Assembly (NCBI GenBank): GCA_013239625.1
Contig: MU054925.1
Location: 34,265,538 to 34,329,537 of the forward strand
DNA length: 64,000 bases
Direction: 5' to 3'
From: Lama guanicoe
Taxonomy: Eukaryota
Under the pieces are notes generated by a model, which saw nothing but the letters and a program-made list of their open reading frames with translations, made no database searches and was not told the DNA's origin. Positions within the stretch are counted from its first letter, which is position 1, and each line of letters starts with the position of its first letter. Made by a program: the position numbers and the translations under genes. Below are positions 18,401 to 32,200 of this stretch, in pieces.

Positions 18401-21400
18401 CACAGGGCCCAGCCCAGTCCCTCCAGCATCTCTTGTGAGGTCAGCACCCCGAGCCCCACAGGTCCTCCCCTGCTCACCTCCTGCACAGACCTGGGCTTGG
18501 GGTGCAGGGACCCCCACGGGATGCACCAAGCAGGTGGTCGGCCTTGGGGTAGGGAGGCCCTGAGTGGGGATCCTGAGGAGAGGCTGCACCAACACCCTGA
18601 GGCTGGGACCCACCCCAGGCCACTAGACTCTCAGAATCTCTGAGTTTCAGAGTCCTGGAGTGAGTGGGGGGTGCCACTTCCACAGGAAGCTTCCAGAGAC
18701 AGAGGCCCCTGGAAGGTAAGAAGTGTTCCCGTCCCCGGCAGTTCAGGCCCAGAGCTGCACACAGCAGGCGCTCAGCACCGACACAAAGCACTGTGCCTGA
18801 GGGGACGGTGGACAGGCCAGCCCAGGCCCCCCAGGGGACAGCACCACAGCCACAGCCTGGGACTGCCGTACAGGCAGGAGTGTCCGCCCACTGGTGGGCC
18901 CCGCCCCCAGCCCCCCAAGGGCCCATGATGACACAGCTCAGGCCCCCGGCCACCACCTGGTGGCCCGTGGCATGCTTGGGCTGGCCCACGAGGCTTAAGA
19001 TGTAGATTTGTAGCCAACAGTTAACAACCAGGAGACCTCACACAAAATACGGCTTTCCAGATTCTCTTGAAAAACCGGCTGCACAGGCAGACGGGGTGGC
19101 GCTCCTGCCTGGCAAGGCCACTGAGCGGCAGGACTGCGCTCAGACAGGGCAGCTGTGTCCCTTGGGGCAGCCCCCGCCCCGCAGCGGGGAACAGCCAGGG
19201 CCTCTCAGCAAACCCACGGGGCAGGGATTCCCCAGCTCGGCTCTGAGAAGGCCGTGGGCGGCGGAGGGCAGGGGGCGCACCCACAGGCGGGAGTCCAGGG
19301 CCTGTCGTCCCCCGACCCGCCGCAGGCACCTGGGCTGGCTCTGGGACTCACACCGGGGCCTGGGGGTCCCTGGAGGCAACAGGGCGGGGGCAGTGCAGGG
19401 GGCACATGCAGGGCTGGGGCTCCCAGGGGGTCAGCCCAGGAGAGCGCCTGCCTCTGTTGGGTTGGGGGGGGCAGGTGGCAGGCAGGGCCTCTGGGAGTCA
19501 GGGGCACCCCCACCAGCCCTCAGTAGCTCGAGCTGGCAGCTCTTGAGCTGATCGACTGCAACTTTACACAACACTGTTTGGAGGTGGCCGGGAGCCAGGC
19601 GCGTCCCGAGGGCTCCCGGGTTGCTTTTTAAAGCACAAGAAGGACCAGGCATGGGGAGGGCCTGTCAGCACAGCAGGCCTAACCTCGGGTCAAAGGTGGG
19701 TGGGAGTCCCCAGGCGCCGGACCCCACACGCCAGGAAGACAGAGGGCCAGAGGCAGGGAGGTGGTGCCCATGGCTCACGGTGGTGGGGGGGCGGGGAGGC
19801 TGAGCCGGCCTGGAAGGCAGGAAGGCTTGGGACTGAAACTCCAGAGAGGGAGCCTGAGGGCCCGCGGAGCGGAGGCTGTGCGGCCAGCAGGCAGGGTCGG
19901 AGCTGCAGCCCTCCCTGTCCGGCCCCAGCCCCTGGCCCACAGCCGCCCACCCCAGGCTGGGTCAGGGCCAGGACGGCACGGGAGGGACAGGGAGGGGCGG
20001 GGGTCTGTTGCCGCAGGCAGGCCCTGGCTGAGGAGAGGCACTCCAGCAGGGAGCAGCGCCTGTCACCGGGCGTCACGGCCGGAGATCCAGCGTGGGGACC
20101 CCTGGGAGACGGAGGGGGCTGTGGACAGAGGGGCAGGAGAGGGGACACCCCTTCCTCTGGCTCCCGCCCGGCTCTAGGTCTCCACCCGCAGCTAAAGCTG
20201 AGGCCACGGCGGGGCTCAGCGTTCCAGCAAGACTGGGAGCGAGCGACTCGCCGCGGGACGTGAACAACCTCATGGCCCTCCATGTGGGAGATGGGCGTGG
20301 GTGCAGGGGTGCAGGGGGAGGTCTAGGGGGTGAGGGAGGTGCGCCTTGTGGGAGGGCCTCTAAACCAGCTGTTCTGATCCCCCAAATGACAGCCAGCAGC
20401 CCCTGGGCACAGCTGACCCCACCCCCCAGAAAGGGGACCGTCCACTCAGGTGCGAGGTGCCCTGCCTGGTGTGCCTGGGGTGGACAGGGCACTAGGTGTA
20501 GACGCCAGGGAGGAGCAGAGAGGGGACCTCCAGCCGGAGCCACCTCCATGGTCCCCACTCGGCCTTGGTCTCCCCTCCAAGGGACTGGGGCAGGGAAGAG
20601 GCCAAGAGGCCTGGGGGTGGGCAGTGCTGGACGAACGCATTCTCCAAGCCTCACAGGGTGGCCTGTGGGCAAAGACAGTGCCTGGCCACCAGCCCACCAG
20701 CCATCAAAAGGGCCATTCCCAGCCCCAGGAGTCTGGCCTCCGCCAGGTGACTGGGTCAAGGGCCCCCGAGGGAATGTTTTCAGGCAGCTTCTCCCACAGA
20801 CCCACCTAGGCGGCTTGTGCTGCCTCAGGCAGGCCTCTGCCAGGCACAATCCACTGACACGCACCCACGGGGTCCAGGCCCCTCTCCTCTGCTCCCCCAG
20901 CCCCATGTGCCCTCCTGGGGCAATGGGTGGAGGGACCTGTGCCACAGTGGGGGGCCACCCGCAGGAGAGGAGAGCACCTGACCCCGCGGCCAGAAGGGTG
21001 GGGCACATGAGAACCAGCTCTCAGGGCACAGGGGCTGGCCTGCCACCACCCACTGGACCTCAGCCGCTGTGAGCAAAACCCCACAGCGCCTAGCCAGGGG
21101 CCCCCGGTGCCACCCGCCCATGCAGCCACGCCCACACTCCAGGCTCCACTCATGGAGGGGAAGCTGAGGCTGGGGTGCAGGTCCCTCCCCAGAGGTCAGG
21201 GTCAGAGCACAGTGAGACCTGATTCCCAGTGTAGCCAACACGGCAGAGATGGGAGACCCCCTCCCACACACCCTGGCACCAGGGCTGGGAGCTAGCAAGG
21301 GCCTCGCTGGCCCCAGGCCCGGCCCCACCCACAGGCGCAGGCCAGGCGGAGAGCTGTGTCAGCAGTAGGGCTCGGGACAGCTGTCATTGCGTCCTCCAGG

Positions 21401-21973
21401 TGCCGCCCCTGCACTGACCCTCAGGGCTCCCAGGCACCCCAGCCCTACTGCCGCCCAGGGGTCTTCCTCCACCGCAGGCCCTGGCTGGCCCCCACCAATC
21501 TAGTGGGTCTGGACTGACCCACAGGTGGCTGCCTCCCCAGGGAGCCTCCCTGCCCATCTCAGCCCGACACCTGCTGCTGGAGGAGGCAGCCTGGAACCAC
21601 CTGAAGAGGCCATGGCCCCCCAACCCCGAGGAGCCCACAGAGGGGCCCAGAAGCTGCCCCTCACTCTGCAGCCACCACGCTGCTTCCACACCAACCAGCA
21701 GCAGTGGGGGCGGGGGTGCCACCCTTGCCCTGCCCTTGGCCTTGCTGTCGCCGAGCCTGGCAAGGGCCTCCCGCCAGGGCAGAGTGCTGTCTCAGCAGAC
21801 ACTGGATCCCGGAGGGGAGGGGGCCGCGCAGGCTTGCTCTGTTCCTGCCACCCAGCCTTCCCCCAAGGTCACTGTGCGCCCTCAGAGAGCAGGGCCAGCA
21901 GCTCCGGGCCTCAGGGGGTAGACGGCCCCTCACCAGGCCCGACCCGCCCTCAGAGCCCCGACGCCCAGCCTTA

Positions 21974-22603
<630 letters not shown>

Positions 22604-23039
22604 TCATACCCACCCTCCAGGGGGCAGCAAGCCAGAGGGGCAGCCTGGGTAAGGCAGCGAGGGGCCGGCCGGCTGCACAGCGACGGCCACACGGGCGGGT
22701 GGCCAGGGGCTCTGGAGCACGGGACATTTATCAAGACAGAGACAGGGTCACACCTAGACAGCGAGGGGAGGGCCTGCGGAGAGAAGCCTGCGGGCACAGG
22801 AAGCAATCGATAGCGGAGGTTCCGGAGAAGGGCCTGGGGGGCAGGGCGCCGGTTCTGGGCGGTTCCCCTGCAGCAGCCTGGGTCTGAGCTTTGCAGGGGC
22901 AGAGGCTGCAGAAGCAGCAGGGGAGGCAGAGTCTGGGCTGGACCCAGGGTGCTGGCCGGGCAGCCGAGAGGAAGAAGGAACAGCGGGGACAACGCCAGGG
23001 AGGGGGCGAGCCAGCCGCGGGCACCGGGCGTGCAGAGCG

Positions 23040-23100
23040 CGCAGTGACCTCAGCAACGCTGCCCCAGCCTCAGTTTCTCCACCTGCTCAGTGGAGACCTT
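23040..23100 (+). mobile_element. MIR core fragment
   Basis: gtgacctcagcaa...gcctcagtttctccacctg. Confidence 0.55.
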
Positions 23101-24026
23101 TCTCCATAGGCCAAGGCGGAGATGGACGAGGCGCCGGACTTGCGCGCCCAAGGGCTTGGTCCAGGGGTGGCCACGCTTAGTGGCAGACGTGAGAAAGAAG
23201 GGCCGCCCCATGCTGCTCGGGAGACAAGCCGGCGTCCCTCCCAGGACAGAGGAAAACTGAAGCCAGCGCAGGGCTGGGCGTTCTGGGGCCACCGGCGCAC
23301 CCCACCAGCAGGAGCAGGGGAACCAGGCCTGGCTCTGGAGGTCCTGGACCCCTGACCCCGAGCCAGCCTGTGACCCACTCCGAGCCTGGGGTCTTCCCTG
23401 GAGAACCAGGGGTCCTAATTCCTGGGGACGCCTGCGAGAGGTTCCCCCGAAAGCCTCTGGCCCCCAGCGGCCCCACAAGGGCCGGGAAGCAGAACTGCCG
23501 GCAGTGCAGGCCCAGCCCCGTGCTCTCGGGCTGCCCCTAGGTCAGGACTGCCACCCTGTGCTCCTGGCCAGGCACTTGGGAGGGTGCAGGTGGAACCTCT
23601 CGGTGAGACTCTGAGGAGATGGTTTCCGGCGCCCACCTGACCCCGGTCGGGCCCAGCTCGCTGCTCACTGGCCGTGCACCCTGGGCAGGACACCCGACCT
23701 CTCCTCCACCCTGTCTGTCAAATGGAGACAAGACAGGGCTGGCAAGCGCCGAGAACAGCGCCAGGCATGTGGTCAGTGTTCCACCCAATGTCCACGGGGG
23801 TTGGTGGACCCCTGGACACAGTCACATCGGCCCGTCCTCTGAAGGAGGACAAACACAGCCTCTGAGCAGGCTCTGTGGTCAAAGGCGCCGGTGCAGCACC
23901 CACCCTGCAGACGGCACCTGGCAGGGGGCCGAGGCGCACAGTGTGGGCCGGCGCCGTGTCACGTGTCTCCACGGGCCAGGGACTGGGGGACGGGCGAAGC
24001 GAGCAGACGGCGGGCGGCTCACTCAC

Positions 24027-25568
<1,542 letters not shown>

Positions 25569-26619
25569 CTAGCTGGGGAGGAGTGAGAGGGACCCAGAAG
25601 GATGAGATGGGTGACAAGGGCTCAGGGTCTAGATGAGGTGCCCCATGAACACCCAAACCTGGAGGCTATCACCTCCTGACTCAGATTCCCCAGCCCCAAA
25701 CTCCCAGGGTGGGTGACAACCCCTCTGCCCGAGGCCCCAGGCAGCCCTACTGATGGGTACCGCCCCACAGCAGATGAGGACACTCGGGCAGCTGTTCTCA
25801 GCACTGGCAGAAAGCAGGCTGGGCCACACTGACCCTGGGGCCACTCACTGGCTGACCTGAGCGCAGCCTGGGAGGACTCTGAGGACTGACCCAGGAGCCC
25901 TGCTATGGGTACCTCCATCTCCCATCCCTACCCCCAGCAAACTGCTGCCCCCACATCCTGGGTGGCCCCATTTCCTCTCGAAAGTCTCATCTCCCCACTG
26001 CCCACAAGTCGGCAGCAGGGCCGGGTTAAACGTAGACCCTGCTTCGCCACAGCCTCGCGGCCCTGCCGGGGTCGGTCCTCTTTCCCAGCCTCGGTCAGAG
26101 ATGATGACAGCTCCTCTCCCCAGGATGAAGGCTGGAAGGTCAGGGGTGCCCTCTCAGAGCCAGCAGGGGTCCTGCCCTGGCTCTGCTGGTCACGTTCCCA
26201 GATAAGCCGTGGCCTCACCCCACTCTTGGACGGAGCTGACCACAGCAGCCCTGAGCCCCCACTGTGGGTGGGCACTGGCGGGGCTGCGCTCACTCTGCCC
26301 CAGACAACACCCCACGTTTTACAGGCAGGTAAGCTGATGTTGAACGTGTAGGTGCCTCCTGCCAAGCCCAGGCTGGGAGCTGGCCGTAGGGCCGTCTGTC
26401 CCAGCAGCTCAGGGCTCCCCGGCCTCCCCGGGCCCTGGGCTGGCTGGCCCCTCCGCGGGATGCTCTTCCCTCCCTGCCCACAGCCCTGTGCCTCAGCTGT
26501 CTCCCCAGACCCGCCGGCTGAAGGCACAACCGCCTCTCTCAGGCCATCACTCCTTGATCTGCAGTGTGCCACGTGCTAACAGTCTTGTTACACGTTGGTC
26601 CCGGATGCTCCCCACGCCA

Positions 26620-26733
26620 GAATGGCAGGTCCGCGGAGTGCAGAGCCTGGCTCTGTGGTCTCCCACCAAGGCCCAGAGGCAGCCCGGGAGCTTACACTCA
26701 TCAGTGAATGAATCAATGGATGAATGAATGAAC
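26620..26733 (+). mobile_element. LINE-2 3' tail
   Basis: Ends in gtgaatgaatcaatggatgaatgaatgaa, the typical (TGAA)n L2 tail. Confidence 0.6.
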
Positions 26734-27566
26734 GGTGGGGTCCCGGCAGAGCTGCACCCACTCCTGCACCCCGTCCTCACTCCCCACACACCCTCTGCCG
26801 ACTGAAAGCCCAAATCTCTGCAGGGGTTGGGGGGGGGACCGAGGCTCCGGAAGCGGGGATTTTGGCCAGGAGCCCACAGTAAGGGAGCCAGGCTGAGCTC
26901 CCAGCAGGCTGCTGGCTGCCTTCCCCGAGGGTCTCCACCCAGGCATCCCCAAGAACTCCGGCCACCAGGGACGTCCCAGGCAGCCAGGAGAGGAGTCCCC
27001 AGCCCCTGCTCCCGGCGCAGGAGCCGGAGAACAGGCTCCTCGCGGTGGCAGCAGGGCCTGGGCTGAGTGCCTGTGAACTCAAAGAAAACATGAATCACTC
27101 ACCGTTTATCAGTTCAAAGCAGGCCTGCAATTACCAAGGGCCGGGCTTCCCCTCCTCCGGGATAATTATACACGTCTTAATGCAATTACGGGACCCACTT
27201 TTTATATTAAACAGGAGGGACCCAGCTGAAGAAGCACCACCCAGACTCCAGCCCGGCCTTGGGCCCACTCTGCCTGCCCCAACAGAGCTGCCCAGGAGGG
27301 CCAGCCCGGGCAAGGGCTGCAGCCAGGACGGGGGCCCATGCCTGTGGCGGGGTCCTCAGGACCAGGCCTCGCCAGGGCCGGTGAAGACACTTGCGTGACT
27401 TCCCCTATCTGAGAGATACGGAGCTTGGTCTCCGACAGACCCAAGGTCACCCAGCTAGTTCTGAGCACGCCTGCTGAAGCCTGGACTCCCACAGGCCTCT
27501 GGTCTGCCCAGGAGAAATGCATTCATTCCAAAGCCGCCGCTGGGGAGGACCAGGCTGGGCTGGGGG

Positions 27567-28008
27567 AGCGGCACCAGCAGAAATGTGCTACTGGCCGGCG
27601 GGGCACAGCACCGGCTACTGTGGCCCGTGGAGGCCCTTCCAGCTGCTCTAGAAGGATTGCACATGTGCTGGGGGGGGGGGGCGCAGCATGAGCAAAGGCC
27701 CGGGCTGGAACCCGCCGGACCACGCAGAGGGGTCGTGAGCGTGAACACAGCGTCTGGTGTGGCAGCAGGCTGGGCTGGCCTAAAGGCTGGGCTAGCGGCA
27801 CCAGCAGAAATGTGCTACTGGCCGGCGGGGCACAGCACCGGCTACTGTGGCCCGTGGAGGCCCTTCCAGCTGCTCTAGAAGGATTGCACATGTGCTGGGG
27901 GGGGGGGCGCAGCATGAGCAAAGGCCCGGGCTGGAACCCGCCGGACCACGCAGAGGGGTCGTGAGCGTGAACACAGCGTCTGGTGTGGCAGCAGGCTGGG
28001 CTGGCCTA
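27567..28008. repeat. Two-copy tandem duplication of about 216 bp in PLXNA1 intron 1
   Basis: 27567-27782 and 27794-28008 are identical except G12 vs G11; 11-nt spacer. Confidence 0.97.
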
Positions 28009-29149
28009 GTCAGAGCCTGCCTGGGAAGGAGAAGCTGCCCTGGCGTGGGGGAGCGGATGGGAGGTGAGCAGGGAGACAGAGGCCAGCACACGGGCGGACG
28101 GGCCGGCCAGAGGCTCCACTCCCGCACAGGATGGGCTCAGCCATCCAGCGGAGCGTGGGGAGAGCGACAGGCAACCACCCCTTCCCTCTCTGGGGCCCAG
28201 CGGCCACCACCACTTCTTGCCTGAGAAACAAAGGCCCTCAGAGGCCTCTTCACAGGACAGCCCCAACCCCTGCCCCCTCCCAGCCCCAGATCCTTCTAGA
28301 GCTGAGACAGGTCGGGCGTGGGGGTGGAGAAGACGGCCGTCCTACCCAGTGGTCAGTGGTGCCTGTCAGCAATCAGGGCAGAGAGAGCTGCCCCTGTCAC
28401 ACCCCCTCCCCCAACAGAGGCCCAGGGAGGTGGTCTCCAGGCGCCTGCTCCCCCTCCCGGCAAGTCCCATGGGACTAGGATCTGGGGGCACTGAAGTCCT
28501 GCTCCTCAGAACAAGTGCTTGCACCTGGCCTTCCCTCGGGAGCCCTCTCCTCCCAGCCAGCTGCTCCAGACAGGGACCCTCCAGGGGGTTAAAACACGCA
28601 GGCCAGGACCAGGGGCCAGCAAAGGGCTGTCTGCTTTGTCCACAGCCCTCATGGGCCTCCCGCTCCCAAGTACACACCTCGGCCACACCGGGGCGGCCAG
28701 ACCTCCGCAAAGCCATCTCCTCTGCCTGAAATGCCCTTCCGGGGCCTCCGGGTCCCCCTCCCAGGCTGACTTGCTGCCTGACTCTGAAGCGGAATCACTG
28801 GTTTCTGCGTCCGCCTCTAGCACGGGACGGGGCAGAGTCTGGGCGAAGCACCTGGTCTCTCCCGCATACCCCAAACCAGCAGGGCGCCAGGGCATCTGGG
28901 GCGCCCTCCCCCAGGGCCAGAGTAGCAAAGCTGAGCCCCACCCCCGTGCAGACCCAGAGAACCGGCCTCAGCTTGGAAGGAGGTGGAGAGGCGCGGAGGG
29001 CCGCACCACCGGATCCCAGGCTCAGGGACAGAGGCTCGATCCACGTCCCCTAACACACACACCCCTTTCTTTCAAGGGGCGTGGCCCCAGCACCCCACAG
29101 ATGAGCCAGGGGCAGCTCCAGGCTCTAAGCAGCCACCGGAGCCCCTCTC

Positions 29150-30850
29150 GCCCCCTTCCCGGGCTGCCACTGGGGTCTCTGAGAGGGTGGGGGTCCCCAG
29201 AGCCGCGCTCCCCTCCCCGAGGCCACTCGATCGCGCCCCGCCGCCGCCAGCCCCACCGCCCACCAGGCCCGGGGCCGCGCAGTAGCCCTAGGAGCGGCCG
29301 CGGGAAGCGGCTGACCCTGGAGAGGCCCCGCGCGGGGCGGCGAGGAGGCCGGGCGCGCGGCTGGCGCACCGCCCCTCCCAGCCTGCGCGGGCCTGCGGGC
29401 CTGGGCCGCCCGGCCCCCACTCCAGCCCCGCGGGCCTGCAGGCGCCAGAGGTCCAGCGCGGTCCGCCGACCCGGCCCGGCCGCAGGGCCCTCCCGACGGG
29501 GCCGCCACCAACTTTCTCCCCGCCCGGCCCGGAGGAGGCGGCGCGGCCCCGCGAGCGCGGCGGGCAGGGTCCCATCCCGACCGGGCGGGGACGCGCGGGC
29601 TCGGCGCCGCGGCTGCGCCCGGACAGGACTGAACCGGGCCGAAACCGCAGGGACACGCGGGGGCGCGGACACGCGGGGACGCGAATACGCGAGCCGCAGC
29701 CCCCGCGCGCCCCCCGCCCGCCGCCGGGCCGCAACCTCGAGGACGCTGCCCCGCGCCCGGACCCGGCCCGAGGCCGNNNNNNNNNNNNNNNNNNNNNNNN
29801 NNNNNNNNNNNNNNNNNNNNNNNNNNNNNNNNNNNNNNNNNNNNNNNNNNNNNNNNNNNNNNNNNNNNNNNNNNNNNNNNNNNNNNNNNNNNNNNNNNNN
29901 NNNNNNNNNNNNNNNNNNNNNNNNNNNNNNNNNNNNNNNNNNNNNNNNNNNNNNNNNNNNNNNNNNNNNNNNNNNNNNNNNNNNNNNNNNNNNNNNNNNN
30001 NNNNNNNNNNNNNNNNNNNNNNNNNNNNNNNNNNNNNNNNNNGGGGCGGGGCCTGCGCGGGGCGGGGCGGGGCGGGAGGCGGCCTCCAGGGGGCGCTCGG
30101 TCCCCGCCGCCCGCCCGGGCCCACCGGGCGCTTCAAAGGGCGACTCCGCCGCCTGGAGCTGCCCCGGAGTCCGGCCCCCGACGCAGCCGCGGCCCAGGAC
30201 GGCCGTCCCGGCCCAGGGTCCTCTGGGGGCGTGCGGGGCCGAGCAGGGGCGCACCAGGCGGGGAGCAGGCCCTGGGGGCGCGCGGGGCGGGATCGCGGGG
30301 CCCGCAGGGCCGGACGCGGTCAAGGTGGCTGCGCTCCCGCAGCGGCCCGGGCGCCAGGAGAGCCGCCCGGGGTGGGGCGCGGGGAGGCGAGGCGGCAGGA
30401 GCCGCGGACACAGCCGAAGGGCCCGGGGCCTGTGCGCGGGACCGGCTGGGCCCCAGCGAGCACCGCGGGGGTTGCGGCGAGCCGTGCAGTCACCCCGCAG
30501 GCCCGGGGAGCCCCGGCCCCTCCCCGCCTCACGCAGCCTCGTCCTGGTTTCTGAGCTGATCGGTCCCCATTTCCTGTGGGTCGGGCCACCTCCCCGCGCG
30601 TCCGGCGGGGCTGGCTTGCCGGGACTTCGCGCTTGTCGCCCCCTGTGCTTGTCTGGGGGCGTGGGGACACGGTCTGCGCGGTGAGGGCCGGGCCAGGTGG
30701 CTGACAGGCAGGCCGGCCGTTAGCGGTGCTCCGCGGTGTCCCTCCAAGGCGGTCTGACCCCCTGATGCCGACTGACGCCTTCCGCCTTGGGGCCGCGCAA
30801 GGAGCTGAATGGACATCTCGTGCAGGCTCGTGGCGGCGGCAGACCCAGAG
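29150..30850. promoter_or_regulatory. PLXNA1: CpG island / PLXNA1 promoter with tandem GC boxes; non-coding exon 1 expected here
   Basis: Very dense CpG/CGCG; GGGGCGGGG repeats at 30043-30075; about 4-4.7 kb upstream of the exon 2 acceptor; exon 1 limits unresolved because of the N gap. Confidence 0.85.
29777..30042. other. Assembly gap (266 N) in the PLXNA1 promoter CpG island
   Basis: Run of N. Confidence 0.99.
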
Positions 30851-31129
30851 ATGGACAGCAGGGTCACCGGAGAGGGGTGTGTAGCTCTGGTGGAGGATAT
30901 GCCAGCGGCCTCCCCAAGCGGCTGCCCCATTTGCACCCCGGCGGTCCTGTGGGAGGGTCCCCACAGCCCCCATCCTCGCGCACCTAGTGCCCTACCTCTT
31001 GAGGCTTTGCCTCTCTGCTGGGGAGCACGGATTTTCATTGTGGCTTTAATATTCATGTCCTGGGATGAAGGCAAGCATCTTTTTCAAAACTCTTACTTAC
31101 TTAACCAGCACTCATCTGGTGCTGCCTCT

Positions 31130-31500
31130 ACATGGGGCTCTGCAGACGGGTAAACTGAGGCAAGAGAGGTGACACGACTCTCCCACGCTCCCCAGCTGGT
31201 CAGCGGCTGGGCCGGAAGGCTAGCCCTGGCGGCCGGGCCCCACAGCCTGTGGTCCTGCCACACACAAGCACGTGCACACACAGCGCTCGTGCAGGCACAC
31301 ACAGCCAGCCTCAGGTCCTGCCTTGCTCTTGGATTTCTGAGCCACACACACACCTGGGTGCAGCTCCTGGCGTGGCTGGTTAGTGAGCAAGTCCCACACA
31401 CTCTCAGTCTCACTTTCCTCATCTGAGAGAAGGACGTAGGAGACCCCGCAGAGCTGCAGTGAGGAGGCACGAATGTGACCACCACAGTGGCCTGAGAAAA
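31130..31500. mobile_element. Two MIR fragments in opposite orientation upstream of the PLXNA1 promoter
   Basis: gcagacgggtaaactgaggcaagagaggtga (31142-31172) and ctctcagtctcactttcctcatctg (31401-31425). Confidence 0.65.
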
Positions 31501-32014
31501 TGCCTGTCCTGCTCTCTGCGTTGGCCCCAGGCCTGTCCCCATCTGTCCTTTGTGGGGCCACTGAGGCAGACACTGCTCGAGGCCCGTCTCACTCTGCTCA
31601 ACATTCCCCCAGAGCCAGCGCTCCGCTTTGAGGTCCAGCCCTCGTCCTCAGCTGTCCGGGGAAGCTCAGGAGGACTGCTGGGCTCTGGGCCAACCTGGCA
31701 CCCTCACGTCCCACAGCCGCCCAACCAGGATCCCTGGTGTCCTCTGGGACTCCCTTCCCTCCCCTGGGCCCTGCAGCCCCCTGCCCCGTGGATTCTCTCC
31801 GAAGACTTACTCCAGGTTACGTTACTTCCCTTCACCCCACCCCATCCCCGACTCCCGTGCACATCACCCCTGGTCCCCTCCCTAAGTCTGACTAGGTACC
31901 GCTCCGCACCACGCGGGACCGGCAGTGCCAGGTGGGCCGGGCCTGAGGGGCTGCTGGAAGGCAGTGGAGCAGAGCGTCTCTAGGCCCCGGGGCCAGGGAA
32001 GGGGTTCTTCAACC

Positions 32015-32200
32015 AGACGTCAAAATAAATGAATAATACAGGTCAACTTGACTACCTTAAGATTGGTTATTTTTGTTCATTAAGAATTACAAAAGAGGAG
32101 ATATCGAGATTCAATCAGGATTTAGGAAAAGGCATTTGCAACACACATACCCTTGGAAGAAGATGCATGTCCAGGGCATTGAAGGAACAACCAGGCATCA
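32015..32200 (+). mobile_element. L1ME-like ORF2 3' fragment
   Basis: cttgactaccttaagatt...ttttgttcattaagaa...ggaaaaggcatttgcaacacacat. Confidence 0.65.

Noticed and set aside
20073-21072. Overlapping 311-aa and 326-aa ORFs on both strands in intron 3
   Set aside because: Pro/Gly-rich composition with no recognisable homology or splice support; typical GC-rich noise
27567-28008. CRISPR-like array or LTR pair
   Set aside because: Only two long adjacent copies, no unique spacers or internal element; mammalian intron
28519-30684. 721-aa plus-strand ORF and the overlapping 433-aa minus-strand ORF
   Set aside because: Low-complexity Arg/Gly/Pro/Ala translation of a CpG island, joined across 266 N
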